Shown: one piece after another, positions 20,585-37,205 of the stretch | Layout: each line of letters begins with the position of its first letter | How positions within the stretch are numbered: the stretch's first letter is position 1 | Assembly (NCBI GenBank): GCA_963849325.1 | Contig: CAWKHF010000008.1 | Location: 190,609-254,608 of the forward strand | Direction of reading: 5' to 3' | DNA: 64,000 bases | From: an uncultured Planctomycetota bacterium | GTDB taxonomy: Bacteria; Planctomycetota; Planctomycetia; Gemmatales; Gemmataceae | Notes under the pieces: model-generated | Databases searched by the model: none | Seen by the model: the letters and a program-made list of their open reading frames with translations, nothing else | Told to the model about the DNA's origin: nothing | Translations under genes and position numbers: made by a program

Positions 20585-20687
20585 GGGAATAGGGAATAGG
20601 GAGTAGGGAATAGGGAGTAGGGAATAGGGGCAAGAGAAGAAGGAGCCTCACACCTATTCCCTATTCCCTATTCCCTATTCCCTATTT
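20585..20687. repeat. Inverted heptamer arrays (GGGARTA)6 ... (CCTATTC)5
   Basis: Read directly. Same unit as 7289-7323. Confidence 0.95.
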
Positions 20688-20690
20688 CTG

Positions 20691-27069
<6,379 letters not shown>

Positions 27070-27324
27070 GAAAACTTCTCCCCAAAGCGTCGTTGCCAAT
27101 CGGGGCCGCCAAGCCAAGGACGCTCAGCGGGTTGGGTCGTGCTCCGTGCAAATGACGCGCCCGGCGCGCGGACGCTCGCGTGCCGAGGGCTGCCATAGAC
27201 CCCGTTGAGTGCGTTTGGATGGTGGCAAGTATAGCTTATTCTCGTTGGTCCAGCAATGGTAAGTCCCTATCGGACAAGCTCTAACTCAGGAATGGCGAGG
27301 GGAATTACGGCTTCGGGGCCGACC

Positions 27325-28673
27325 TCACGCCAGTTCGATTCGCTGGTGCGTGATGCGCTGCGCGTCGAACACGCCCAGGCCCAACGTCTCGGCCAGGGGA
27401 ATGTGCTGCGGCTGGCGGATGTGCAGCTGTTCGGGATAGGGTTTGCCGTCGATCTGGGCCACGCCGCTCGCGCATCCAGTCCCATCGCCGCGACGACCGG
27501 CCAGCCCTCCTCGACCCGTTTGCGATCGATAATGTCCCAACCGACGTGGTCCAGCGCCACCGGATCGGTGGCGAACAACAAGCTGTTGTAACGCCAGGTG
27601 GCGAAGGTCTTGTTGGAGGTCTGCGGGCCGCCCTCCCAGGTGCCGACCAGGCCGTCGAGGATGTGCAGCACCGCCTTGGTTCGGGTGGCCGGCAGCGAGG
27701 CCATGGTCGGGATGAACGTGCCGCACTGGTTCAAGGTGCCGCCCGGCTTGTCGGCCGGCCGCTGTTTGCCGTAGAGGATGTGACTGCGGCAGACGTTGTT
27801 GACCAGGCCGTGCGACAGGTCCTTCAGCGCCAGCGTCACGCCCGACGAGCGATGGTCCTTCAGCACCGGGATGGTGATGAGCTTGTCGATCTTCCGCGAC
27901 ACGATCGTCGTCAGGTGCGAGCGGAAACGGCGGTCGTCCTTGGGGTCGTGCTGGGGATGGCAGTAGGCGACCTCGCGGTAGATGTCCGGGTCGTAGCCGG
28001 CGACGTGGTCCTCGCGCGGTTGGCCGGGCAGTTGGCCGTCGATCTCCAGTTGCAAGTCGTCATAGCGGGCCGAGGCGCATTCCCAGTACACGCCGTCGGG
28101 CAGTGTCTCGGGATAACCGCACAGCAGGAACTCGTGCTTGTAGCGCTCGAAGACGAGGATGTCGCCGGCGCGGACGCCGGCGGCGCGCAGGCCGTCGATG
28201 ACTTCCAGCACCACCTCGTAACTGGAGATGGAGTCGGGCCGACCGACGGGCACCACCTTGATGCCGACGCGATCGCCGGGAGAGAAGAAGCGGCGCCAGG
28301 CTTGCACGGCGTCCTCGCTGCCGGTCAATTCGGTCATGCCGCGGTCGATCATGGCCTTGATGGCCTCGCGGTTGCGTTCGCTGTAGCCGTTGTTCTTCTT
28401 ACCGGCCCGCACGGCGCCGGCGTGACGTACCTCAATGACGCGGCCGGGGAACGGACCCGGCATCGCCGGCGGATTGCTCGCCGCGATGGTGGGCGCGGCG
28501 AGAGGAGGGCCGCCGCCCGGTTGGGATTTCGAGGTCGCCAGTTGTCGGCCGACCCAGCCCGCCGCCGCGCCTCCCACGGCGCCCAGGGCCGCACCGGCCA
28601 GGAAGATCCGGCGCGTGCAGCGCGGACCGGCATTCATCGCGGGAGGGATGGGCCGGGGGTTTTCGTCGGACAT
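27325..28673 (-). CDS. DUF362-domain protein with Tat signal (frameshift near 27470)
   Basis: TRRIFL Tat motif; DRVGIKV, IPVLKDH..GVTLALK, ILDGL and ATDPVALD motifs. Confidence 0.85.
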
Positions 28674-28782
28674 GGTGTCGCTCCTGGCGTTCTGATTGTC
28701 CAGTCTTCGTCGAGGCGTGGCGAGGCGTACCCCCACTCTACAGCCGCCGATGAGCGATGGTAAAGGGCTGTAACCGATCCTT

Positions 28783-28999
28783 CGTAGACGAAGTCCCAGA
28801 TTTCATCGAACTGGAGCCGCTGACAGGTCAGGTTCCGCATAACTTCATGCTGGAAGCGCGCGAGACGCGGCCCGCATCGATCAACAGATTCGTCACGGTA
28901 TTGATCGACACTCCGACCATACGGGACGTGGATCGGAGGAGCAATCCTCGGTCAAGGCCCGGAGGATGGCGCTGCGGCGTTCTAGGGGAGACGATTCAT
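28783..28999 (-). pseudogene. IS1-family transposase N-terminal remnant
   Basis: Reconstructed across frameshifts as MNRLPLERRSAILRALTE...RSTSRMVGVSINTV (HTH)...MRNLTCQRLQFDEIWDFVY (first D of DDE), then cut off. Confidence 0.8.
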
Positions 29000-29354
29000 A
29001 TTGACATTTTGCTTGAGAACCAGCCCCACGGTCAAGGTCCGTAGGTATTGATTCGCAAACAGTCAAGGGTACAATGAGGCAGAAGTCTTTTACGGAAAAA
29101 GGCTTGCGAAAGAAGCTTGATCGCTGCGCAACCGGGAGAGAAAATCCGATTGAACCACCACTGAATTTTTGTATCATTGCTCATTTGTCCCAGCCGTACC
29201 AGCACCGCAAGCGAGGAGAGTCGCCATGCCCGAAGGGGTGTCTGGAGTTTATTTCAGTAGGAGTCGCCCGAATGTCGATCTCCGGATAAAAGCCGGACTG
29301 CCAAGACGCCACTTCGTTGACCGGATGGTCCCTAACAGGACGAGAGGAGCCAGG

Positions 29355-29807
29355 ATGGCGATTAACGAGCCTCTGCTTCCGGGGCTTGGCGGCGGCCCTT
29401 CCGTGATCGCAAGTCAAGCTGCCATCGAGTTGGATCATCTTTTGCTGGGCCGAGCGTCCGGCCTATTTGCCGTCCAGAAACTTGCCGAGTTGATCGAAAG
29501 CGAGTTCCAGACGGGTACGGGCACCGGGACGCATTCGCACGGTGCGGCTGCGGTCGGTGTGATGAGACGCGCCCTCGCTGCGGCCAACGGCGGCACTCCC
29601 CCAACGTCGCGGGTTGATGAGGTAGTGACCCAGGCGGGACAGGTCACGCAGTCTCTGAAAAGCATCGTCGCTGACCCGGAAGGGTTCAAGAGGAAGAATC
29701 CCGCCGAAGTGGCAAGGATGCGGTCCTTCTGCGTTGCTTACTCTGAACAAGCTTCCGGGGCCAAGAGGCTACGAGGCAACAGACCACCGCGTCGTCACAG
29801 GAGGTGA
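29355..29807 (+). CDS. Hypothetical helical protein (passenger gene A)
   Basis: GAGGAG RBS, 150 aa, ends 3 nt before the next start codon. Confidence 0.7.
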   Translation: MAINEPLLPGLGGGPSVIASQAAIELDHLLLGRASGLFAVQKLAELIESEFQTGTGTGTHSHGAAAVGVMRRALAAANGGTPPTSRVDEVVTQAGQVTQSLKSIVADPEGFKRKNPAEVARMRSFCVAYSEQASGAKRLRGNRPPRRHRR

Positions 29808-29810
29808 AGC

Positions 29811-31078
29811 GTGTTTTTGTTGAGGTACTCCCGAGAACGGATCGGGGAAATCCTCGCGGAAATCAAGCGGGTAGGCGAAGCAGAGTTCGCCTATGAGCAG
29901 CCAAAAAAGCTCCTCCAAGAACTCGAAACCCTCTTCCGAAACAACCTCTCGTATCTCAACACGCTAGACGATAAAAGCGATCCAAATACAGTCAAGACGG
30001 CTTGAGCCAGCGCTCTCGGCTTGATATTCGACTACCTGCCGGTAACTGGCATAGTTCTCAGGTCTACTCAAGTCCGGAACGCATTTGAAGTTTATGGACC
30101 GCTCCTGCGGCTTGCTCGCGCTGTCCTTGAACCCGGTGTTCCTCACGACCAAGCGAAAACGCAATTGGTTCTCTCCTCCGGTTGGGAATACTCGCCCCTG
30201 ATGTACTCTGTCGCTCAGGACCTACCCGACTTCGTACTGATCGAGTTCCCAGCACCAGAGTCGTCCAACCCGCTACTACTCCCTCTCGCCGGTCACGAAT
30301 TAGGACATTCGGTATGGCTAAAGCGTGGGCTTGAGCAGTCGCTTGAGGCTGAAGTGCATCGACAAACCGTCAAGTCCATAGGGAAGGAACTCGCGGCATT
30401 TAAGCAAGTGTTCAAACTCCTGCCTACGGTGACGGCCACGGACCTAGAAAACGACGCGGATATCGTTCAACTCTACGAGCCGTCTGAAATATGGTTGATG
30501 TCGCAAGCGATGGAGACTTTCTGCGACTTCATTGGACTTCGCATATTCGGAATCTGTTTTCTCCGGGCCTTTTCTTATCTACTAGCGCGCCGTGCTTTGC
30601 CGGCGAGCGCAGCGAGTTCTACCCGAACATGGTGCCGCGCGTGAACAACCTTCTTGTAGCCGCGGCGAAGTACCAGCTTAGCCCGCCTCCGGGTTATGTG
30701 AGTCTGTTCAAGAACGATACGGAGCCGCCGCTTACGGACGCTAATAAGTTTCTGATCAAGATAGCTGATCTTTCCCTTAACGGCCTTGTAAAACAGCTCG
30801 CTAAAGAGGCTGACTCGGTTGTCGCGCAATCGGGCCTAGCCTCATCCACCCCAGACCAAGTTAGCCGCCTTGCCAAACGCATGCGATTGATCGTGCCGGG
30901 AGAAAACGCTTGTGGGCTGCCTGATATTGTCAACGCGGCTTGGCAGCTCTACGATGCACCCGACCTTTGGAAAGAGGTTCCTGAGATACACGAGAAAAGG
31001 GATCGAGTATTAAAGGAACTTGTCCTGAAGAATATTGAGATTTTTGAGATTGAACAACGATTAAGAGGTGCCCCATAG
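29811..31078 (+). CDS. HEXXH putative metallopeptidase-like protein (passenger gene B; in-frame TGA at 30003, frameshift near 30590)
   Basis: ORFs 29811 and 30021 are in the same frame. GHELGH is followed by ETFCD. The frame continues as APCFAGERSEFYPN to TAG 31078. Confidence 0.75.
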
Positions 31079-31696
31079 ATGATCCGCGCTAATGAAATTC
31101 ACAGGCTGATTGACGAGGGAAACAAGCCAAAAACCAAAGACCCTCTAGTGATAACCCCGCGGCCAATCATTTCTGATGCCGGGTCAGCCTCGGTTGACCT
31201 TCGCCTAGGAACGTGGTTCGTCACGCTACGACAGGCGCGCATGCTCTGCCTCAGAGCGGACGAAATGCACGGCGAGCAGTTGACAAAGACCCGATACGTT
31301 CCTTTTGGAGAGGAATACTATCTACACCCTCGCAGTTTCGTGCTGAGCGTCACGCTCGAATGGATACGCCTGCCAAGGGAGTTCGGTGCCTACGTTACCG
31401 GCCGATCCAGCTGGGGAAGACGCGGGCTAATCATTGCTACCGCTACGGGCGTGCATCCTGGATTCACCGGCTGTCTGACCCTGGAACTGACGAACGTGGG
31501 GGAGATACCTATAGCTATCTCTCCGGGGATGGCGATATGCCAGTTGTTCTTGCACCGGGTCGAGGGGTCAATCCAAGGGACGATGGACCGAACACAGTTT
31601 TCAGGAAGTCGGAAGCCCGCGCTGGGTGACGTAAAATCGGATGACTTCGCCCGCAAACTCCGCGGATCAGCGTCCGCGATCACTGGTCAGCCTTGA
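31079..31696 (+). CDS. dcd: dCTP deaminase, trimeric dUTPase-superfamily type (divergent)
   Basis: ASVDLRLG, TLEWIRLP, GRSSWGRRGL, PGFTGCLTLELTNVG and PGMAICQLFL motifs. The ATG abuts the gene B stop. Confidence 0.88.
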   Translation: MIRANEIHRLIDEGNKPKTKDPLVITPRPIISDAGSASVDLRLGTWFVTLRQARMLCLRADEMHGEQLTKTRYVPFGEEYYLHPRSFVLSVTLEWIRLPREFGAYVTGRSSWGRRGLIIATATGVHPGFTGCLTLELTNVGEIPIAISPGMAICQLFLHRVEGSIQGTMDRTQFSGSRKPALGDVKSDDFARKLRGSASAITGQP

Positions 31697-31947
31697 CCAT
31701 GCGCTTTGGCCGACTTTTTCCACCTGGCCTGCGCCGCTTTCCTCGCAATGTCGCAACGTCGTTTCTGGGTTAACCGCTTTGCCCGCGCCTTGCCGTCCTT
31801 TTGGCCCCCAAGCTGGCCTCGCGCAACGTCTTTCCCCGCTTCCGGGTCAGGCGTCTTTGGAGTCTGTCCGGTAGCTTCCTTGACGATCCGGTGCGCCAAG
31901 GCGTTGATGTCCTCGCGGACCTTCGGCTTCTTTCGCTGCTTCACCAT
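31687..31947 (-). CDS. Small basic IS-associated protein
   Basis: DINALAHRIVKEATG...GGQKDGKARAKRLT..RR.DIARKAAQARW, located just inside the IS end. Confidence 0.7.
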   Translation of the reverse strand: MVKQRKKPKVREDINALAHRIVKEATGQTPKTPDPEAGKDVARGQLGGQKDGKARAKRLTQKRRCDIARKAAQARWKKSAKAHGQG

Positions 31948-32051
31948 CACCCGACGCTACCGGAAACTGGGCCAAGCGGGAAGAGAGAAGTCGGGTTGGG
32001 ACAGTTCAAACTGAGACACTACCCGGTAGTTCTTATCGAAGTGGATCGCGG

Positions 32052-32081
32052 TTGACACCGCGAAGACAGTCGGGCTATAAC
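32052..32081 (+). promoter_or_regulatory. Sigma70-type promoter for the LPS cluster
   Basis: TTGACA-N18-TATAAC upstream of lpxK. Confidence 0.55.
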
Positions 32082-32236
32082 ACCGTTCGCTTGGCGGGCC
32101 GCACACCGCCCGTCGTAGGAACGAGGACGTAAGGATATGTCCTGTCGTTCATGCCTTTGGACCCGAAAAAGGGGATGGACCCCCGTTGTTCGCACCCGGC
32201 GTCCCAACCTGTGCCGTCCCTCCCTCGACCCTGCGA

Positions 32237-33367
32237 ATGAGCGGCGGTTCGCGTAACCATTACCTGCGTCTGCTGTCCGGCGAAGCGCGCGGCCTGTGGC
32301 CGGCACTGGAGCGGCTCGGCCTGCACGCGGCCAGTCTGCCCTACGGCCTGGCCGTGCGGCTCCGCAATGCCGCCTATCGACCGCGGCTGGCTGCGCAGCG
32401 AGCGCGTGCCGGTGCCGGTCGTCAGCGTCGGCAACCTGACCGTCGGCGGCACCGGCAAGACGCCGTGCGTCGAGTACGTCGCCCGCTTCTACCGCGGCCT
32501 GCGACCTGCGCGTGGCCATCCTCAGCCGCGGCTACGGCGGCGCCGGCGGCCGCAACGACGAGGCGCTGGTGCTGGAAGAGAACCTGCCCGACGTGCCGCA
32601 CCTGCAAGGGGCCGACCGCGTCGCCCTGGCCCGCACCGCCGTCGAGGAGCTGGAGAGCGAAGTGCTGGTCCTCGACGACGGCTTCCAGCACCGCCGGCTG
32701 GCCCGCGACCTCGACCTGGTGCTGATCGACGCGACGCGCCCCGTGGGGCCACGGCTACCTGCTGCCGCGCGGCCTGCTGCGCGAGCCGCCGCGCGGCCTG
32801 CGACGGGCCGGCGTCGTCGTCCTGACGCGCTGCGATCAGGTCGGCGCCGGAGCAGCGCCAGCGATCTGCGGCAGACCAGTCGCCCGCCTCGCGCCGGGCG
32901 TGCCGGTGGTCGAGACGAGCGCATCGGCCCGGTCGGGCTGGTCAACAGCGACGGGCGAGGCTGCGCCGCTGGACGTGCTGCGCGGCCGGCCGGTGGCGGC
33001 GTTCTGCGGCATCGGCAACCCGAGGCGTTTCGCCGCACGCTTGCTCGACCTCGGGCGCCGACGTGCATCGCCTTCCGCGCCTATCCCGACCATCACGCCT
33101 ACGACCGCGACGACGTCGAGGACCTGCGCCGCTGGGCCGCGAGCGCTGCCCGACGGCGCGCGTGGTCGTGACCACGCAGAAGGACCTGGTCAAGCTGCGG
33201 CTGTCGCGCCTCGGCGACCGGCCGCTGTGGTGCGCTGCGCATTCGGCTCCACGTCGAGTCCGGCCAGGACGTTCTGGACGGCCAGCTGCGAATCCGTCCT
33301 TCCGCCGTCCTCACCCCGACCGCTCTCCCCCGAATCGGAGGAGACGGTAGGCGTGAGCGGAGGCTAA
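32237..33367 (+). CDS. lpxK: Tetraacyldisaccharide 4'-kinase (multiple frameshifts)
   Basis: [52 protein letters not shown] and TTQKDLVKL motifs. Confidence 0.9.
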
Positions 33368-33387
33368 ACCCGAGAGCAGGCGAGACG

Positions 33388-34367
33388 ATGAAACCTTTCG
33401 ACCTGCAACGGCCTGAAGACCTACGACCTCGACTCGCGGCCGTCGAAGGTCTTCCACGAAGACCTCGGCCGGCCGGTCGCCGCCGGCGCCAGCGTCGGCG
33501 ACTGGCTCGACTCGCCTGCCGCGCCAGCTGGCCGGCAACGACCTCCGCCAGCGTGCGCGACCACCTCGTGCCGCGCCCACGACGAGGGCCGCACCGTCGT
33601 CGCCGCCCTCGGCGGCCACGTCATCAAGACCGGCTGCGGCCCCGTACCTGATCGACTGGATCGACAGGGCGTCATCAAGGCCGTGGCGATGAACGGCTCG
33701 GCGGCGATCCACGACTTCGAGCTGGCCTTCGCCGGCAAGACCAGCGAGGACGTGGCGCGCCAGCCTGCACGCCGGGCAAGTTCGGCATGGCCCGCGAGAC
33801 GGCCGACGCCTTCGCCGTCGCCGCCCGCGCCGGCGCCGAGAACGAGCTCGGCCTCGGCGCCGCCCTGGGCCAGCACATCGAGCAGCTCGACTGCCCCTAC
33901 GCCGAGTAGCAGCCTGGTGCTGGCCGCCTACCGGGCCGGCATCCCCTGCACGGTCCACGTCGCCCTGGGCACCGACATCGTCCACATGCACCCGCACGTC
34001 TCCGGGGCGGCCCTGGGCGAGGCGTCGCTGATCGACTTCCGCCGGCTGTGCAGCGTCGTCGCCGACGCATGGCGCACGGCGTCTGGATGAACCTCGGCAG
34101 CGCCGTCGTCATGCCGGAGGTGCTTCTCAAGGCGGTCAGCGTGGTCCGCAACTTCGGCCACGACCTCGACGGCCTGGTCACGGTCAACCTGGACAAGGAG
34201 TCGCAGTACCGCAGCACGCGTCAACGTGCTGAGCCGGCCGGCGCGCCGAGGGCATCGAGCTGATCGGCCATCACGAGATCCTGCTGCCGCTGCTGCACGC
34301 GGCGGTGGCGTGTCGAGCTGGCGGCCCGATGCTGCCGAGCCAGGCGGCGCTGGAGCACGCGGCGTAA
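33388..34367 (+). CDS. Deoxyhypusine-synthase-like hypothetical protein (multiple frameshifts)
   Basis: GGHVIKTG, AMNGSAAIHDFE..GKTSEDV, HVALGTDIVHMHP, NLGSAVVMPEV and GHHEILLPLL motifs. End approximate. Confidence 0.65.
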
Positions 34368-34466
34368 TCCCGGCTCGTCGAGCCGCAGACGCGCGAGCAG
34401 AGCCGCGGGATCGCTCATCCGCGACTCCGCTGCGCAGTCGCGAGCTGAACGCGAAGGAGACCTCTC

Positions 34467-35967
34467 ATGTCGAGCCGACCTTGATCGAGCTGGTGCAGCA
34501 ACCTCGGCCAGCCGCGCGTGCTGGTCGTCGGCGACCTGATGCTCGACCGCTACGTCTGGGGCGACGCCGAGCGCATCAGCCAGGAGGCGCCGGTCATCCT
34601 GCTGCACGCCGACCGGCGCGAGGAGCGCCTCGGCGGCGCCAGCAGCGTCGCCACCATGCTGCGCGCCCTGGGCGCCAGCGTCGCGCTGGCCGGCGTCGTC
34701 GGCGACGACGCCGACGGCGGCCGCATCCGCCGACTGCTCGTCGACCTGGGCATCGACGACGAGGCCGTCGCTGACCGATCCCGACCGGCCCAGCACGGTC
34801 AAGGAGCGCTACATCGGCCGGGCCCAGCACCGCCATCCGCAGCAGATGATCCGCGTCGATTACGAGGTCCGCACGCCGCTGGCGACGCGCGTCGAGACGT
34901 CGAGCTGCGCCAGGCCATCGCACGGCAGCTCGCGCCAGGCCGACATCGTGCTCATCAGCGATTACGACAAGGGCGTCTGCACGCCGGCGCTGCTGGCGGC
35001 GATCATCGCCGCGGCGCCGCGCCTGCGGCGTGCGCGTCGCTCGCCGACCCGATCCGCGGCAGCGATTATCGCAAGTACCACGGCTGCTCGGCGATCACGC
35101 CCAACCGCCTGGAAGCGGGCCTGGCGACCGGCCGCGTCGCTCGACGACTCGGCCGACGGCGCTGGCGGCCGCCGCCGAGCTGCGCGAGCAGCTCGACCTG
35201 GAGGCGGCCATCGTCACGCTCGACAAGGAAGGCATGGCGCTGGCCCACGCGACGGCCGGCGCCGAGGTGTTCCCGACCCGGCCGCGGCAGGTCTACGACA
35301 TCACCGGCGCCGGCGACATGGTGCTGGCCGTGCTCGGCATGGCCCTGGCCGCCGGCGCCGACTACGACCCGGCCATCCGCCTGGCCAACATCGCCGGCGG
35401 CCTGGAAGTCGAGAAGATCGGCGTCGCCACCGTGACGCGCGACGAGATCCTGCACGACCTGCTCGCAGGCGGCCGGCGGCCGGGCACGGGCCGGGCTGGA
35501 CAAGGTGCGCGTCGCGCGAGTCGCTGCGCCGCGAGCTGGAGCAGCGCCGGCGCCTCGGCCAGCGCGTCGCCTTCACCAACGGCTGCTTCGACGTGCTGCA
35601 CGCCGGCCACGTGCAGTATCTGCAGGAGGCCCGCGCCCAGGCCGACCTGCTGGTGGTCGGCCTCAACAGCGACGCCAGCGTGCGAGCGCTCAAGGGGCCG
35701 GACCGGCCGGTCAACCCGTCGAGGCCCGCGCCCTGGTGCTGGCCGCCCTGGAAGCGGTCGATTACCTGACCGTCTTCGACGAGCCGACGCCGCTGGAGCT
35801 GATCCACGACGTTGCGCCCCGACGTGCTGGTCAAGGGGGCCGACTATCGCCGCGAGGAGGTGGTCGGCGCCGAGTTCGTCGAGTCCTACGGCGGCCGCGT
35901 CCACCTCGCGCCGCTGCGCGCGGGATATTCGACGACGCGCCTGTTGCAGCGTCTGGGTGCGGCGTGA
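34467..35967 (+). CDS. hldE: Bifunctional heptose-7-phosphate kinase / heptose-1-phosphate adenylyltransferase (frameshifted)
   Basis: [58 protein letters not shown] and KGADY motifs. Confidence 0.93.
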
Positions 35968-35971
35968 CGTA

Positions 35972-36031
35972 TCCGAGCCTGAAGCGTAAGCGAAGCGAAG
36001 AGCATCCCTTCGCTTACGCTTCAGGCTCGGA
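35972..36031. repeat. REP-like palindrome family A, copy 2
   Basis: Same arms as 12540, between hldE and waaF. Confidence 0.95.
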
Positions 36032-36051
36032 TAACTACTTGTGGGTCCGAC

Positions 36052-37106
36052 ATGAACCTCGCGGTCTTCCTGCCCAACTGGATCGGCGACGCGGTGATGG
36101 CCACGCCGGCCGCTGCGGGCGCTGCGACGACCATTTCCCGGCGCCGCGCCTGGTCGGCGTCATGCAAGCCCTACGTCGCCGACGTGTTCGAGGGCGGCGA
36201 CTGGTTCGACGCCATCGTGCTCGGCCCACGGCGGTCCCTGGTCGCAGGGCGTGTCGGCCGTGGCCTGGCGGCTGCGTCGCCGCGGCATCGACCTGGCCGT
36301 GCTCTTCCCCAACTCGTTCCGCTCGGCCCTGATGGCCTGGCTGGGCGGCTGCCGGCGGCGCATCGGCTACGCCCGCTACGGCCGGTCCGTCCTGCTGACC
36401 GATGCTCTGCAGCCCGTGCGCGATGAGCTGGGCCGGCGGAAGCCGAGCCCGGTCCTCGACGCCTACAACCGGCTCGCCGAGCGCGCCGGCTGCCCGCGGC
36501 CGGCGCAGCTGATGGAGCTGTTCACCACCGCCGCCGACGAGCGCGCCGCCGACGCGGTCTGGGAGCGGGCTGGCCTCGACGATTACCCGGAGGTCATCTG
36601 CCTCAACCCCGGCGCGGCGTTCGGCGCGGCCAAGCACTGGCCGGCCGACTACTTCGCCGCCTGGCCCAGCGACCTGGCCGAGCAGCGCGGCAGCGGCGTC
36701 CTGGTGCTGTGCGGCCCGGAGGAACGCGAGTTGGTCCGCGCCATCGTGACACAGGCTTGTCACCCGAGCGTCCACGGCCTGGTCGATCTGACGGCCCCGA
36801 CCGTGGCGGAGGGGCCGCGTCTGTCGCTCGGGCTTGACCAAGGCGTGCGTGCGCCGCGCCGACCTGCTGGTGACGACCGACAGCGGGCCGCGCCACTTCG
36901 CGGCCGCCTTCGACCGGCCGGTCGTCACGCTGTTCGGGCCGACGCACATCGCCTGGACGGAGACGTATCATCCGCGCGCCGTCCACCTGCAAAAGAAGGT
37001 GGATTGCGGCCCGTGCCAGCGGCGCGTCTGCCCGCTGGACCATCGCTGCATGTTGCGGTTGACGCCCGAGGAGGTGTTCACCGCTGCCGAGGGATTGCTG
37101 CACTAG
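36052..37106 (+). CDS. waaF: LPS heptosyltransferase II (GT9), frameshifted
   Basis: PNWIGDAVMATP, FPNSFRSA, LNPGAAFGAAKHWP, DSGPRH..FGPT and C.PC...CPLDH.CM motifs. Confidence 0.9.
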
Positions 37107-37127
37107 GGCCCGAACAAACGAGCCTCC

Positions 37128-37185
37128 TCCGAGCCTGAAGCGTAAGCGAAGGAACGGCAGCCTTCGCTTACGCTTCAGGCTCGGA
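37128..37185. repeat. REP-like palindrome family A, copy 3
   Basis: Same arms, preceded by CTAGGGCCCGAACAAACGAGC. Confidence 0.95.
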
Positions 37186-37205
37186 AAAGGAGAAGGACCT
37201 GGACC

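Larger units (their letters stand above)
28783..32023 (-). mobile_element. Decayed IS1-family element carrying passenger genes
   Basis: Terminal GGTAGTGTCTCAGTTTGAA (minus strand, 32023-32005), a small basic accessory ORF, lower-GC cargo and a truncated transposase at the far end. Confidence 0.75.

Noticed and set aside
28759-28782. GGTAAAGGGCTGTAACCGATCC as the second end of the IS1-like element
   Set aside because: It matches the 32023 end only in GGTA and no target duplication is seen. It may be the end of an unrelated IS, but this is unsupported.
32025-32045. GGTAGTTCTTATCGAAGT as the end of a second abutting IS
   Set aside because: No transposase or partner end follows.
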